Assembly: GCA_964035545.1 (NCBI GenBank)
Contig: OZ037769.1
Span: 7,049,929 to 7,113,928 of the forward strand
DNA from: Bugula neritina
Lineage: Eukaryota; Animalia; Bryozoa
Reading direction: 5' to 3'
DNA length: 64,000 nt
The notes beneath the pieces were generated by a model, which worked only from the letters and a program-made list of their open reading frames with translations, did no database searches and was not told where the DNA came from. Within the stretch, counting starts at the first letter, position 1, and every line of letters begins with the position of its first letter. The position numbers and the translations under genes were made by a program. Below, one piece after another: positions 11,807-25,300 of this stretch.

Positions 11807-14050
11807 TTATTTCTTGCCTTTCTTGGGTACTGCAGCCCCTTTCTTGGCAGGTTTCGCCTTTGTTGAAGCTGCTTGTTTACGTTTTGGATTTTCTGGAGCT
11901 GGCAGCTGTAAAAAGACAGGTTATAGGAATGAAGCTTATATAAATACTATCATATATATATTATTAAACTGGATTACACATCAAAGACTGCACACTACAG
12001 AATATTACTAACCCCGCGACGCTCAGCTATTTTTGCTTGACGTTTATAGGCGCCCATTCTACCCTCCAGAATCGCAGTTCTTCGAGTAACATCGGCGTAA
12101 GGGTTGAGGCGGAGCATGATAGCGGTGTTCTTAAGAGGATTTTTCTTCAAGATACGTCTGCCTCTCTGTCTCTTTGGTTGACGGATAGCATTTTGAATCT
12201 CATCAGACTTAAGTAGACGGCCAAGATCACTGTTACTCATTATTTGCTGTGGTAAACTGCAAGGACACCAAACAAACGCTATGGAAACAATGCAACAAAT
12301 AAATGTCATTTAAATTCATAGCATATTAGTTGCAGTTGCAGGATACTACACAACAATATGACAAGTCGGAACTCACTTGAAATTTTTCTTCATCTGGCTG
12401 GGTGTAGTCCATGTACCATAAAGGGCATCGAGCTGTTTGAAAGCTGATTCGGTCCAAATACAGAATCTACCAACATGGCCACCAGGAGCTAGTTTAAGGA
12501 TGTTAAGTCTGCTTACAGGAATAGTGTCAACACCAGGGATGTTTCTAAATGCTTTCACTACACCATTATTCTTATTATAAATTATCAATGGGCCAAGTCG
12601 TTGGGTTCGTCTTCGGTTTCTCATTTTACCTCTTCCAGCGCGCAATGCCTTAGACTTGTATACCTGTCAACAAAATGGAAAACGACATACAGACTGCATA
12701 CTAAGCGCAACGATAAAAATTTAACTTCTCATGTGGCTTGTTTCAGAATGGTCAGGTTCATCTTCACTTCAGTAACACGGACCAGTTTATCATCATTACA
12801 AATATTAATCCGAGCAAGTTAAGTGGATATGGTGGAGGTACCTTATCAATATCAGCCCAAGCACCAGACTTTCTTAGCAGAGTTACAGCTTCCTTGGTCT
12901 TCTTGAACTCTTCAACCTTGTCACTGACAACCAGTGGGACCTCTGGTATTCCTTCGATCCTGTGACCTTTAGCCATGACGAGGGCAGGGACACCAGTGGC
13001 AGCAATACAGGAGGTAATGGCATATCTCTTCTGGGCAGTATTTACTTTCCTGTGCCATCTCCTCCATGTCTTAGTGGGGGCAAACATTCGCCCACCTCTG
13101 CACATGTTTCCGAAGGCACCCTGGCCTGAGCGGTGAGTACCGCCACCTCGTACTCGGGGAATACGGGCTACAGCTCGTCCAGTACCCCAGGATTCAGCAC
13201 TGGTCTGGTGACCTGCAACAAGAAATACATTGATGAAATCTTCTACTTTTAACCTATTACGCACCTAGTATTCATGTTATATACTGGTGAGCTATCAGAA
13301 CGGCATTAGCATCTTTAAATCAGAAACACGGACCGAAATGTCATCATTTCACACTGCAAAACATATTGACAAGTGATAAAATTGGTAGCTACCTGCTTTC
13401 TTTGAGACTGCATAGGGCTGGCGAGTATTCTTTCTTACATTTGTATGGATGAATCTTACAATATCTGGTCTTACTGGTGCTCTAAACACTGCTGGGAGTT
13501 TCACAGTAGTATCAGTTGCTTCAGTTTTCTCGGTGAACACCGAGACCATAGGACGCGCGGCCTAAAATTACAACAGCGGATGCAATAACTTAGTAATTAA
13601 CAGACACAGCAAGTCACTTTGCTAGTTTCTGATTTCGCAAGAATTTAAACTCGCGCCCAAGGCTCAAAACTTATTTTGCAAGAAAATCAAAGAATTTTGA
13701 CATTTTCATTATGCTGAAAATTGCTTTATTCACATTGCTATACTCAAATTTCCAGGAGGTACATTAAATTTAATTATCATAATGAGTCATAATCACTGAT
13801 TCAATTATAATAACTAATGAGCGATATTAATACCTATTATGCTAACAGTAACATTAACAAGTGTCATACTCGGAGTGAGTGATACTGATAGTCATACCCA
13901 TCGTCACTTTGTGATTAAGTTTAACGCAGTGAATTTAAGTTGCAGGTTAAAATTGTATCACAAATAACACAATCATGAGCAGAAAATGTAGCTGCTAAAA
14001 ACTACGGTATAACAATTGAAATAAATTGCAAATTATTGTATAATTACCAT
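11807..14050 (-). CDS. RPL4: 60S ribosomal protein L4 (uL4)
   Basis: Exons 14050-14048 (ATG only), 13561-13393, 13212-12842, 12663-12377, 12256-12013, 11905-11807. Hallmark motifs [100 protein letters not shown]. Confidence 0.98.
12737..12802 (-). ncRNA. SNORD18: C/D-box snoRNA, U18/SNORD18 family (copy 2, RPL4 intron 3)
   Basis: Minus strand: box C ATGATGA (12796-12790), guide TGGTCCGTGTT, D' CTGA (12772-12769), C' GTGAAGA, box D CTGA (12746-12743), TTGT/ACAA terminal stem. The guide is complementary to the conserved 28S rRNA sequence AACACGGACCA. Confidence 0.9.
13287..13352 (-). ncRNA. SNORD18: C/D-box snoRNA, U18/SNORD18 family (copy 1, RPL4 intron 2)
   Basis: Minus strand: box C ATGATGA (13347-13341), guide GGTCCGTGTTT, D' CTGA (13323-13320), box D CTGA (13298-13295), GTGA/TCAC terminal stem. 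GGTCCGTGTTTCTGA is the U18 signature. Confidence 0.9.
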
Positions 14051-14114
14051 GTTTTTGGCTTTGAATGAAGCGGAGCGCAGAGAACACGTTAACCTAATGT
14101 GGCTGCCCGGAATC

Positions 14115-14173
14115 AAAAGGAAGATGAGCGTGGCTCAACCGCTGAACTTCGTATGAACACGTAATCACGTGAT
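14115..14173 (-). promoter_or_regulatory. RPL4 core promoter: TCT/5'TOP pyrimidine start and palindromic E-box
   Basis: Minus strand CAT-CTTCCTTTT (14123-14115) about 70 nt upstream of the ATG, typical of ribosomal-protein genes; perfect palindrome ATCACGTGAT at 14164-14173. Confidence 0.7.
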
Positions 14174-15141
14174 GACCACGAAGATTTTAGGCATAGACTT
14201 GACAACTCCCAGCATACTGTAGAGCAACTTAAAAATCCTAATTGTAAAATAATGTATTGGCATCACTAGGCAGTGATGGTGATCGACTCGGTTTTAGTCG
14301 ACTTTACATGCGATGTGAAACACAAGGTCTATTTTAGGCTAAGGTGCATTGTGATTTTATTTTTAATCGACTATTCAATATCAACAGGAAACTGCTAGCT
14401 AGTGTAGGCTATTTGAAACAGGTTAACAATTTACAATTAGTTTGTACCTAATGCATATTATATTCTTATGTCAGATTCGTTAGTAAAATAAGCCATTGAA
14501 ATTTTGAAGCTACCTAATAATCAAAAATTATGAAAATAGTGCTTGCAGTAAAAACGATTGAGACCATGCAGTAAATGAGTGAATACTGTTACATAAAGCA
14601 CTGAGCAGTATCAACCATTATAAATTAAAACTTAACATAGTTTATAGCATAATAACTTTTGAAATGTGACTTGGCTCTATAGCTCCAACAGCTACTTTTC
14701 AGCTTCTTTAACGTAGTCAAAGGATGCAGGTCTGCTATGCTCTTCTAACTATGCTTTCTTGCTATTCAAAGCATTTCATTTTGAGTATTGAAAGTTTATT
14801 TTTGATAGAGGAGATAACTCTTACAAAAATTGTCAACAAAACTTGTTGATAATTAGATTAAGTACAAATTCTGTGTCTGTGTAGCCATTTCTGCATATGC
14901 CTAACTTCCAATCACATTCTTGTAGAAATTAAAAAAATTAACATTTAACAAGAAAGGTTGCAAACCAGACATATATGAGCATTTAATGGATATACCATAT
15001 AAAGTCGTAACATAATAATATTATAAACTAGTAATATATTAATTAACCACTGGTGAATAGTGCACAAATTTGACAGTTGAAGCTATGTATGTTGCTAATT
15101 ATTGCCTAGGTCTGAATTTTTTTGCATATAATCTTATAATA

Positions 15142-15345
15142 GGGAGCAGCCGTGGCCTAGGGATTAGAATGTTCGCTTAGTGAACATGGAGTCGTAAGCT
15201 CAAACCCCAGATAAAGGCCGTTAGTGATGTTAGGAAGAGCATCCAGTCATAATTGCTCCTGTGCCCCATCTGAATAAATCCTTAGCCTGATTTACCAAAA
15301 AACCTTTTCATCATAAGGGTTTCCTCACAGGGATGGCAACTATAA
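15142..15345 (+). mobile_element. tRNA-derived SINE, family A
   Basis: GGGAGCAGCCGTGGCCTAGGG (A-box) ... AGCTCAAACCC (B-box-like) followed by TAAAGGCCGTTAGTGATGTTAGGAAGAGCATCCAGTCATAATTGCTCCTGTGCCCCATCTGAATAA. Confidence 0.85.
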
Positions 15346-15450
15346 TAAATTTGTGCAAGTTTTTTCATCATCTTTTTATAACTTTACACAAAAAACTACA
15401 AGTGCTTTGCAACTAATATAATCTTTAACAATTTATTTTTGTTTCAACAC

Positions 15451-15454
<4 letters not shown>

Positions 15455-15520
<66 letters not shown>
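15455..15520. repeat. (TA)n microsatellite
   Basis: Uninterrupted TA run. Confidence 0.95.
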
Positions 15521-15524
<4 letters not shown>

Positions 15525-16596
15525 CAGCTATCTACAAATTATATTCCAATTACTTCACATATATTCATGCATGTATACATTGCATGTTGTGTTTTGGTTG
15601 CATGTATGTAGTAGTATATCAAGTATAAGTTTGGATTGAGTTGTGTAATTAGATTAACGACCAAATGTTATGTTACATCTACTTCACTTGAGCTGTATAC
15701 CTGTATAGGTATGTACACACTGATGGGTAGATCATAATCACTGAGCTACCCAATAAACCAAAAATCAATTTTCGATGTGCAAAAATGTATTGGGTTGGTC
15801 TGAATTTTTATATTTTGAAACTTTCACCTTCTCTAACCAAGAAAAGGAGGGTGGAAGTTTATAATAACATAAGTTAGGCCCAAAGATTTGCTAATCATAG
15901 TTTGTGTAAATATCAGTTATGAAGTCTATTTAGTATAGTACTAAACAAATTTGTAAATAGTTTTTTACATGCTGTAGGCTGTAATTTTTCAAATCAAGTT
16001 ACAATTTAATGCCTAACCATGAATAGGCATCAAGGCTATGAGTATACCATGATGAAAAATAAATATTTCTCTAATCTTGACTGTTCTTTTTTCTAATGCA
16101 AACATGTTGAAAATGACTAATTATATCAAGATCACAAAATGTTTCCAATATAATTCACAGGAGTATATGTGGGGTTGGGATTGTTGGGAGTTATATTTTA
16201 GGTTGCAAGGAGCACGCTTATTAAACACAGCTGTAACTTTGTAAGGCAATAATCTATTGTAGTAGAATACTTTAAAATTTAAACTATATTTATTATTGCC
16301 AATAAATTAATTAAAAACATTAAGGTGATAGAGATGCAGCACCAATTTACAAATGACACATAATGTGTAACAAGGTCTAACAATATGTATGTAATAAGAC
16401 ACAAGTAAAATTTACATGTAGAATAGAGAAATAAATAAATAGACGGGTAAAAGATTTATGAATAAATTCTTGTTTACATAACATGCCATTCCATGATCAT
16501 CTGTGTATTGTGCGGCAAAGACAATCCGCGTTAAAAAAATAAATAAAAGATTTTGAAAAATAATTCGAAAATAAACAGATTCCAATGCGAAAGCAG

Positions 16597-19500
16597 TCAG
16601 CAGTTGTTGATTTTTACAGCATCCAGCTGTTTGATAGCATTATATAGGAGTCGTGCCTCCTCTAACTTCATGTACTGTTCTTGAATGGATTGCAGGGTAA
16701 CTCCTCTCTCTTTTATATCCATATCATTGTGAGAACTTAGTGACTCAGTATTAGATTCATCTTCTCCTGTCTGTGAAATAGCATAACATAATTTATCAGC
16801 ATAATATAACTAAAGTTTGTGGATTGCTGAAAGCAACGTTTTATAACATTTCAAATCTGAATAGTATTTGAAAGAACACCTTTATAGTTTTACTAGCAAG
16901 TGTAGCATATCTAAACTATGTCAATTAGTGCTATTATTATATACATTTTCTAACATTTTCAGTTACCTCTGTTGATTGTGGTTCTACAAGTTTTTTGTCA
17001 GTTCTTAAGGAAAGCAATTCATTTCGAGTAGGTTTCAACTTTTCTTTAATCCTGGAGGACAGTTGAGTCAACTCAACTCTGTTTGGCTTCTTGCCATCTT
17101 CGAGTATAGGCAAGGCAAGCACATCTTTGAAAGAGGGTGACTGTGACGAGAAACTAGACTCTTGTCTGGGGGAGGTAGTGACTGTAGAAACTGCCGAACT
17201 TGAAGTCGTAGAAGCAGGAGACAAGGAGGCAGATATATTAGGAGATTTTGTGACAAACTCTGAGTCCACAGAACTTGTAGAGGTCATGGCGTGTGTTGAT
17301 GACGGTTCTTCCGTAGAATGTTCTGAACGTCTGCTGGAATAAATTAACATAATTTAGATTCACATTCATAGGGCTTACGACATTTATTTATTAAAAAAAC
17401 TAAATTAAAATAATTAAAACAATTTGAAATGCCTTCTAGAAAAAACTGCCAATTTGCAAAATAATGGTTAGTTCTTTTTTCTTTCTTCTAGTCGCATCGA
17501 GTAATGATTACAGAAAATAAATTTTGCTTGAGATCTAAGAATAAACACTACAGTATTGAATTATAAAGTTAGTTAGTTAGTTTTTCCTAACAAGTCTAGT
17601 ACTTTTTAGTTTTAGTTTAGTGACAGAGTAACTGATTTTTCACTCCACATTACAAGTAGAGTTCTATTGAAACCCAATTGCTAGTATTTTTGCCGACTTT
17701 CTATTTCCACGTATAGATCCTAGAGGAGAGTATGTGAAGTTACAACAACACGTGAGATGAGTCGAAAAAACTGTGGCAAAAATTTTTATCCTTAACTTAC
17801 TCTGTTTTCGGACACGGAAGAAAATCCTCGAATGTATCATAACCATCTGCCATTACTCTACGTTTCACTGTCAGAAAATCTTCTCTTTCGAAAGATCGAA
17901 CGTCACAATCTGCTAAGTCATATCCTATTGACTTCTGTGGTGAGTCAGAGGGTGATGACTCACAGAGCAAAGAGTCAACCGAAGGAAGTGGTGAGTCACT
18001 CAACACTCGGAAAGTTGGAGAAGTTGATTTATTTCTACAAGTAATAATCAAAATATTATATGCGTCTTTATGATGTAATAATTATTGTAGTATTTATCTT
18101 GGAATTTAATTATTTCTTCAGAGAAAACCAACTGGTATTTCACAATTTTGACCCATGTAAATGAGTGAAAATTCACATACAGCTAATGAAATATAATGCA
18201 TTTGGATCATATTAACAGGTAAGTCTATCTAACAAGCAAATGTTGATCACCATGGCAACATAAAACTGATAGACACCATACAACATGTGTTTATTAAAAA
18301 AAGAAGTTTCTGCAAGCAAAAACACACAATTTTATATTCTTACCCATTAAACTCTGAGATATTGACTGTGGAATTTGCTGGCAATGACTGGGGTCTGTGA
18401 GATAGTCTATGAATATTGTGTGTCAAGTTTTCCAGACTCTGCGTATACACAACTTAGTTTCAACACAAACACAAAATATTTTGTTTGGAAGACATTCAAA
18501 GACATAATAACATGTACAGCTTATTTTATTGTATACACAACAGTTCAAGTCCATATAATTGAATCAAACTTTAGATCTTTCATAAACCTAAATTAATATT
18601 CCGCCTGATGAATTGATGAGGCTAGAATAGTGCGCCATTTATGAAAAATAAAAAGTTATCTTCTACATTATATATTTTTTAAAGAGTAGTTTGTTCAACC
18701 AGTATTTATGGATTATCTTTCCCATTAACTAACATGATCAGTGGAAAAAACTTCATGTTCACCTAATGACATACTGTGACATGTACTATGAATGGCAGGT
18801 GCTGTGACATACTGTGACATGTACTGACATACTGTGACATGTACTATGAATGGCAGGTGCCGTGACATACTGTGACATGTACTGACATATGCTGTGACAT
18901 GTATTGACATGTGTTGCGACATGCATTGACATATACTGTGACCTATACTGTGACATGTACATGGGTTTGTAAAGGAGGAAGTAGCAAGACTACCTGTGAG
19001 GTTTGAGTTGAAATATCGTTGCCAAGATTTATAGAAAGTACAGGGAGATCACAGGATAAAACAGATTCGCTGTCACCGAGTCCACTTTCATCATCTTCAC
19101 CAGAGCTACCAACATAAGAATATGGTCTTACATCAACCAAGACATTTCTGAATTTGAAGGGATTTTACAACTCCAAGCCTCGAGAATCAAAAGAGCAAAT
19201 AATTATACTCCTATCATTTTGTAAAACTAACTTGCTTGATAACTCTAATAGCAGGGACTATAGAGTACCCCTATCAAACACACCCATCCACCAACTCACG
19301 TTTTTTCAATAATTGGATTCAATTTAAATTCTAATGAATAATGAGAAAATAATGGACAAAATTTAAAACTAGTAACTTGTAGTAACTGCAAAGTACATCC
19401 ATCAACATTGTTCTCCATTTAATTACATATTTTTGTAGCTGCAACTGATTCAACATAATGATTTCTAGATTAGTAACCTGGGCAAACTACAACAACACGC

Positions 19501-22365
19501 AATGAATACCGAATGTACTTAACTTACTATGCAGTTATTATTTATAAAGTTGAAAACCAAGCCAAGCCAACAATAGCTTTAGACTCGTTTTGATATGAAG
19601 GTAGTTATTTTATTAGTAGCACCCATTTTGGTACAGATAAAGCTTTATTTCAGTTTAGGTCAATCTTTTCAAAACTTGTCCAATCGCCCAATTCCTTTTA
19701 GTAGCAAATCAATGATTTTACAGACCTTTTGAATGTTTCATTTGTATCTCTGATGTTTCATTGCATCTGTTCAACATACTTTGCTTTTCATGTTTTATGA
19801 GAAAAAGAATTTTAAACTGGTACAGGCTTTCTATAATTTATGCTTAAAATGGTTTGAAAACCTGTCACCTCTTGTACCTGAGCTATGTTCATAAACTTGT
19901 TATTAACTTACCTATAAAAAAAGGTGTTCAAAAAGCTTATTGGTTTTAGGTGTTGTTGATTTCATTAACAAAATCGAAATTTCCACTTTGAAAACTATGA
20001 AAAATACTTATTTCTTATTCGCTTACCTGTTCGAAATTCGTAAATACTGAGCCACGTTGTGGTAGCTTTCTTGTTTACTCCTACTGTGATGGTGTCTATT
20101 GGTATCACAGCAACAAGAAACCTGGCTTGGCACATCATCTGCTTTCAATCTCAGTTCACATATTTTATTAGAAGTTGTCTTCTCTTCATATAGCAGAGTG
20201 CCATAGTCTGAATGGAGTGTATCATCGGGTAGAGGAGGGGAACAACTCCCGTGTGTAAACACCTGTCTATATTTTTGAACTCGCGTGTCATTACATATTT
20301 GCTCGTGCCTACTTTCATAGTATGTTAACTCGTTATACAGCTGCTGTTGTGATCTGTTTGGAGTTGCTTTCCCAAAACTGTTGGATCTAGAATAATACAA
20401 AATGAGTACTTTATACTTTGTACTTTTCTGAGTTTATCTGCATAATTATTATTATCATATCCTGTTTTAATCACACATCATCAAAAGTAGTAATTAAAGT
20501 TCTGTTATTTTCAAACAGGAAGAAAACATAAATATTTTACAAGAATAAAACACATATTGGACAGTAGTTCAATGATGAACAAAAATTTGTTTAATATTAA
20601 AATATATCACTTTACTAACTTCTCAGGCAGCTTTAGTGTGCGAAAAGTTTATAACAGAGTCAAGCAAGACTTTTATTCAAATTTTCATAACTTGTTTTAG
20701 TCTAGACACAAAGTTAGAGCACTGGTAAATTTATTGCACTTGAACAATACACCCTTCATTAGGCAAAAACATTTCTTGTGCTATTAAACATATATCAAGC
20801 ATAACCTAACTTTTCTCTTTTCCAATAATTTTTTACCTCAACAATAAGCTCATTTATCCAGATACAATAATTCTGATGCTAAAGCTAGCTGCGGCAGCAA
20901 TCTATCAAAGGCAGCGGTGAGTAATGCTTAAATTAGTTGATGAAAAAGGTTTTTGTTTTTCCTAATGACCCACTCAGAATAATATTAAAGAGCCTTCTGT
21001 TTACTGGTGTCAAGAATAACATACTTCAAAAGCATATCTACAGTTGTTTGGGTATAAACATCACAATAGCTTCTGTTGTAAAGGCACAATTCACTATAGA
21101 GATGAGTGGTCTAAACCTGCGTATAATATTATACTAATAGAAATATCACACAGCTGTTGTAGTGAACACTATTAGCACTGTAAAGAGCTCTTATCAGGTA
21201 TGAACTGATAAGTGCTGTCTGGAGCCTATAGCTGACAGCACGCTGTGAATATATGATTACTAATTATTTTAATATTGTATAAGAAAATTAATTTACGTTA
21301 TGTCAGCTTGTAGCATACTTTCACTAGTAACATATTGTATTATGGTTGGGAGAGCTTTTCATCCCCCCTACCACTTTCCAGTCAATGACCTGCAGCTTCT
21401 GTAATATAATTTTAGTTGCAGACTCTGGTTAGCATCAGTAATAATATTAGTCTAATGATTATTAAATTATAAGGTGGAATATCCTCACAATTATTACAAA
21501 CTGCAAATATTATGATTTGATTTCCATGTTGACTTTAATTAGTGTTCCCTTTTCAGTAGTTAGTGAATTATACCTGCTCATTAGCTTAGCCAATTACATC
21601 TAGATATTACAAGCTCATAACCAACCTTTGACATTGATTTCTAAATGTAGACTTCTGCTGCTGCTGTTGTTGCTGTTCATAGAAGTCAGTGATGAGTTCG
21701 CAGTAGTCTAATGGTATATAGCCTTGCCTACTGGAGTCTGAGAACACTGTACCAAATGCCCAGTCATTGATTTCAAATAGTATAAACATCTCTTCACCTT
21801 TGCATACCTGCGTATGTCACAACATGTAAGAAATAGAGCAATCAAAGATCGCAACACTTCAATGTATTCACAACATATACCACTAATACATTGTTGATAC
21901 TTTATTCAAGGTTACTGCGGCCGATATCTGGCTGCACCTAGCTATTTACTCGTGTAGTGGTAACCAGGCATGTTGGTAAACCACAAAGACACTGACACTG
22001 TCTTTCAAGTGCAGACAGTGCTGCGAGTGAAAAGGCTACTACTGAATACTAAGTACTACTTTTTATTCCAAAAACCCAACTTCAACCAACATCGGTCTGT
22101 ATTGTTTGTCGTCTGAAAAGCTCATTGGTTTTTCCATGTGACCATGACTCAACAGGCATGGCGCACACATAACCAATACGTCTGCTACCAGCAGCCAAGT
22201 TTTTAGTAAGAAGAGTAACTTCCTTACCGTAAGTTCAGTAGGACTCTGCGCTGTGAAATCAGCCATCACTCTGCTTAAAACGTATTTAGGGTTCTTAGGT
22301 GACGCGTCCCTCAACAGCTTCTTAAACATAGTGCATCCTCTGGCAGAAGTCATATCTTTGCACAT
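16597..22365 (-). CDS. SH3-domain protein with long Ser-rich, low-complexity C-terminal region
   Basis: Phase-compatible exons 22365(acceptor at 22404)-22228, 21807-21626, 20386-20027, 19147-18994, 18438-18344, 18034-17801, 17333-16967, 16770-16597. The spliced RVMADFTAQSPTELTVCKGEEMFILFEINDWAFGTVFSDSSRQGYIPLDYC matches the SH3 pattern; a short polyQ follows. Candidate upstream exon ends at the donor GAG|GTAAGG (26351). The true start may lie further upstream. Confidence 0.78.
18765..18962. repeat. Intronic minisatellite built of (CATACTGTGA/CATGTACTGA) units
   Basis: Recurrent actgtgacat/gtactgacat units with a duplicated atgaatggcaggtgc block. Confidence 0.85.
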
Positions 22366-25300
22366 TCTACGCCTGCAGAGTTCTGTAGAATGGATTGCTA
22401 AGTCCTACAAGTAGCAAAGTTGAAAACTGTAAGCACTAAAGAAAAGTTACACCACTTTTACAGTAAATTCAGGGTTGAATGAGAGTTTACAGCAGCAACA
22501 TACCTAATTTATGCTATCAAAACGGTAATCAAACTGACTTTAGCAAGAAACTCACTGCAAATAAGTTCTATAGCCTAAATAATAGACAGTCTACGATTTT
22601 CCCACACAAAATAGATAATAGGCACCCATCAAACTAAACACAATAAGTATAAAATAAATGTTTTTAATCTACAAGAAGACATTTCATTGGCCAAAATTTT
22701 AGGAATGTATCTTGACAAACAGTGGAGATAATAACATACCACGATCAAATAACCAATACATTTATTATAGATTATGATTGCTTTTGACAGTATGGTTCGA
22801 AACTGTAGACAGATAGGGTATAAACACGATAACATTAGTATAATAAATGGCATATATACTATAGAAAAGGTGTGGAAAACTTGTTTTTGGCTCTCCACTC
22901 CAACCCCAAACCAATAGTTAGAAGTTTAAATTGAGTACACACAAGTAGATACCACTTGACCACATGGTCAATTTCAACATGTCCAACCTGAATTTCACTA
23001 CTGGATGAGTGGTGAGATAGTAAATGGTGTAGGAGTAATTTATTTACAGTACATCCTGTGAAACATAATATTCTAAATATATCAAATTTGACGTTAATAA
23101 AACATGAATTACATGCCAAATATTAGTACAAATGTGTGGGGTATGTTTGCGAGCATGTTGACTAACAAGTGTACTATTTATAGTAACTCAGACTACTACT
23201 CCCCTCTACCAGTGCTATCACCAATAGTTACTACTATGATCCATACTGCTACCACTATTACTACTACTACTATACCATTAACTACAATTACTTCTACTAC
23301 TACTACCACTATAGTAGTACAAGGCAACTACTCCTATTTCTTCTGCTACTAACTAGTACTGAAATTTTGCAAGTATTGCTACTAATACTGCTTTAACTAC
23401 TGCTGCTACTGTTACTACCTACACTATGACTACTAATACAGAGGTAAACCTCGTTGATTGGAGTATCTAAATAGAAAGGGATCTACAGCTGTTAAGGCTG
23501 GTTGTAGCCCCAAAGTACAGAGATGGCCATTGTGGGAAGTATCTGAATATGACTTTACAGAAGTTACTGAATGAATGTCAACAGCTAGTAAAGGCATGTC
23601 TCAACCTGGGGTAGAATGCAACTAACATGCCCAATTGACATATTAACGTCAATAGTAAATACTAGCACTAGAACTTTCATCACATGTTATGACATCAAGA
23701 AAACATTCACAAGATGGGAAAACAGGTTAGTTAATTTATTAATCAATTTTGTGGTATATTGACTCTAGTAAATTTTTTCGTGACATTACCACAATTTTAA
23801 GCCTGGCTGTAAACATTATGCAAATAGAGAGAACTGAAAACTTGCTTTATACGTCATTATAACTAGTAATAATTGATGTTTGCTAACTGAATATGTAATG
23901 TAAGCAATATGTTAGAAATTTAAGTAATGCAAAAACGAATTAAGTTGAAATAGATTTCTATTTATAAAAGTCTATAGCTACACTGACTATAATAGTTATC
24001 AATTATACAAGTTGAAGCAAAAATAACAATGAAAATATTGCACTAAAATGAATTAAAAAACCTGTGCTGGTAAAAATAGTAATATCAGTATATTCAGCAA
24101 AACTTTTCAGATCTCTATTATTTTAGAACAAAGAATTGAGATTATATGACAAAGCAACTGTTGTAGTTATCAATAAAATATCTGCATCATTATAAATGTA
24201 TCTGATTGCCCCACCATGTTTATAGCAGCAAAAAACCAAGAATTATCTATATGTATTTTCTTCCCAACTTCCCCCTGGCTACCCTTTCACAGCTGATGAC
24301 AAAGAGCTGGCTGAGAGAGAAAGATACTGATGGCTGAGAGGGCACTTACTGAAAGGAAGGAAGGGCAGATCATAGGATGTGCAGCTAATGATAAACCAAC
24401 CCTCCTATCAGGTCACCAGTGCAGGCCTGGATTGAAGAGGTGTTATTCCAATCTATCAATTCTCAAAGCCCAGCTATGGACATGCATCTATATTTTCTTT
24501 TTGTATTGAAACTGCTAGTTAATATTGGCACTCTTCAGCCCATAGGGAAGTAGTAGTAGTATATCAAATAGACGAATTTAAAAAGATTTATTTTAACACT
24601 TGACTGCAGCCTGAATATAAATGGATATACATTATTTCTTCATTTTTCCAAAAGCAGTAACTAATTTTTAGCAATTACTGATAGTAAAAGCAATAAGAAA
24701 TATTGACTTTAAAATCATTTTAGTTGATATTCTTAGTTTCAAGTGACAAATTAATCATTATTAACTGAAAAGTCACAGTTTTATAGAGCTGGCCAACTAT
24801 AATAACCCACTGTTAGCTGGAATAACTAATTATATTTCAACGTTTGTTTAATTTGGCATTCAGAAGTCAACTATTGGTGCCTTCTGCAGGTTTGGAATAG
24901 TTTCACAGCTATCCAACTTTAGCTTGCTCAATGAAACTACCACTAAGTCAGATGTTAGTGCAAAGAGTTGAAAAGCAAAGATTGATGGACATTATATTAT
25001 ATTTCCCCAAGCTATTCTCACGATTGCATTCTTCTGCCTATACTTTCAGCCCTTCACTTTTCTGAATATGTTATAGGTAACTTCTTATACATGCGCGTAC
25101 GTAATGATATTCTTTGTGCTGATGATATGAATATGACTCATACACATCTGCCCTTATTTTTATAGGTTATTCCTTAACCACAGTGCTTTGATGTGAGGAA
25201 CTTTATGAACAGCAGGCAGATGCCACCATAATAAGTCCAAACCATACAGAGTTGGGGCCTATAAGCACTTCAAGCAGACAAGGTGGTGAATATTGAGCTT

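Noticed and set aside
13562-14047. U16/SNORD16 or another snoRNA in RPL4 intron 1 (also introns 4 and 5)
   Set aside because: No convincing box C/box D pair or U16 guide seen by eye; H/ACA RNAs cannot be excluded without a covariance search.
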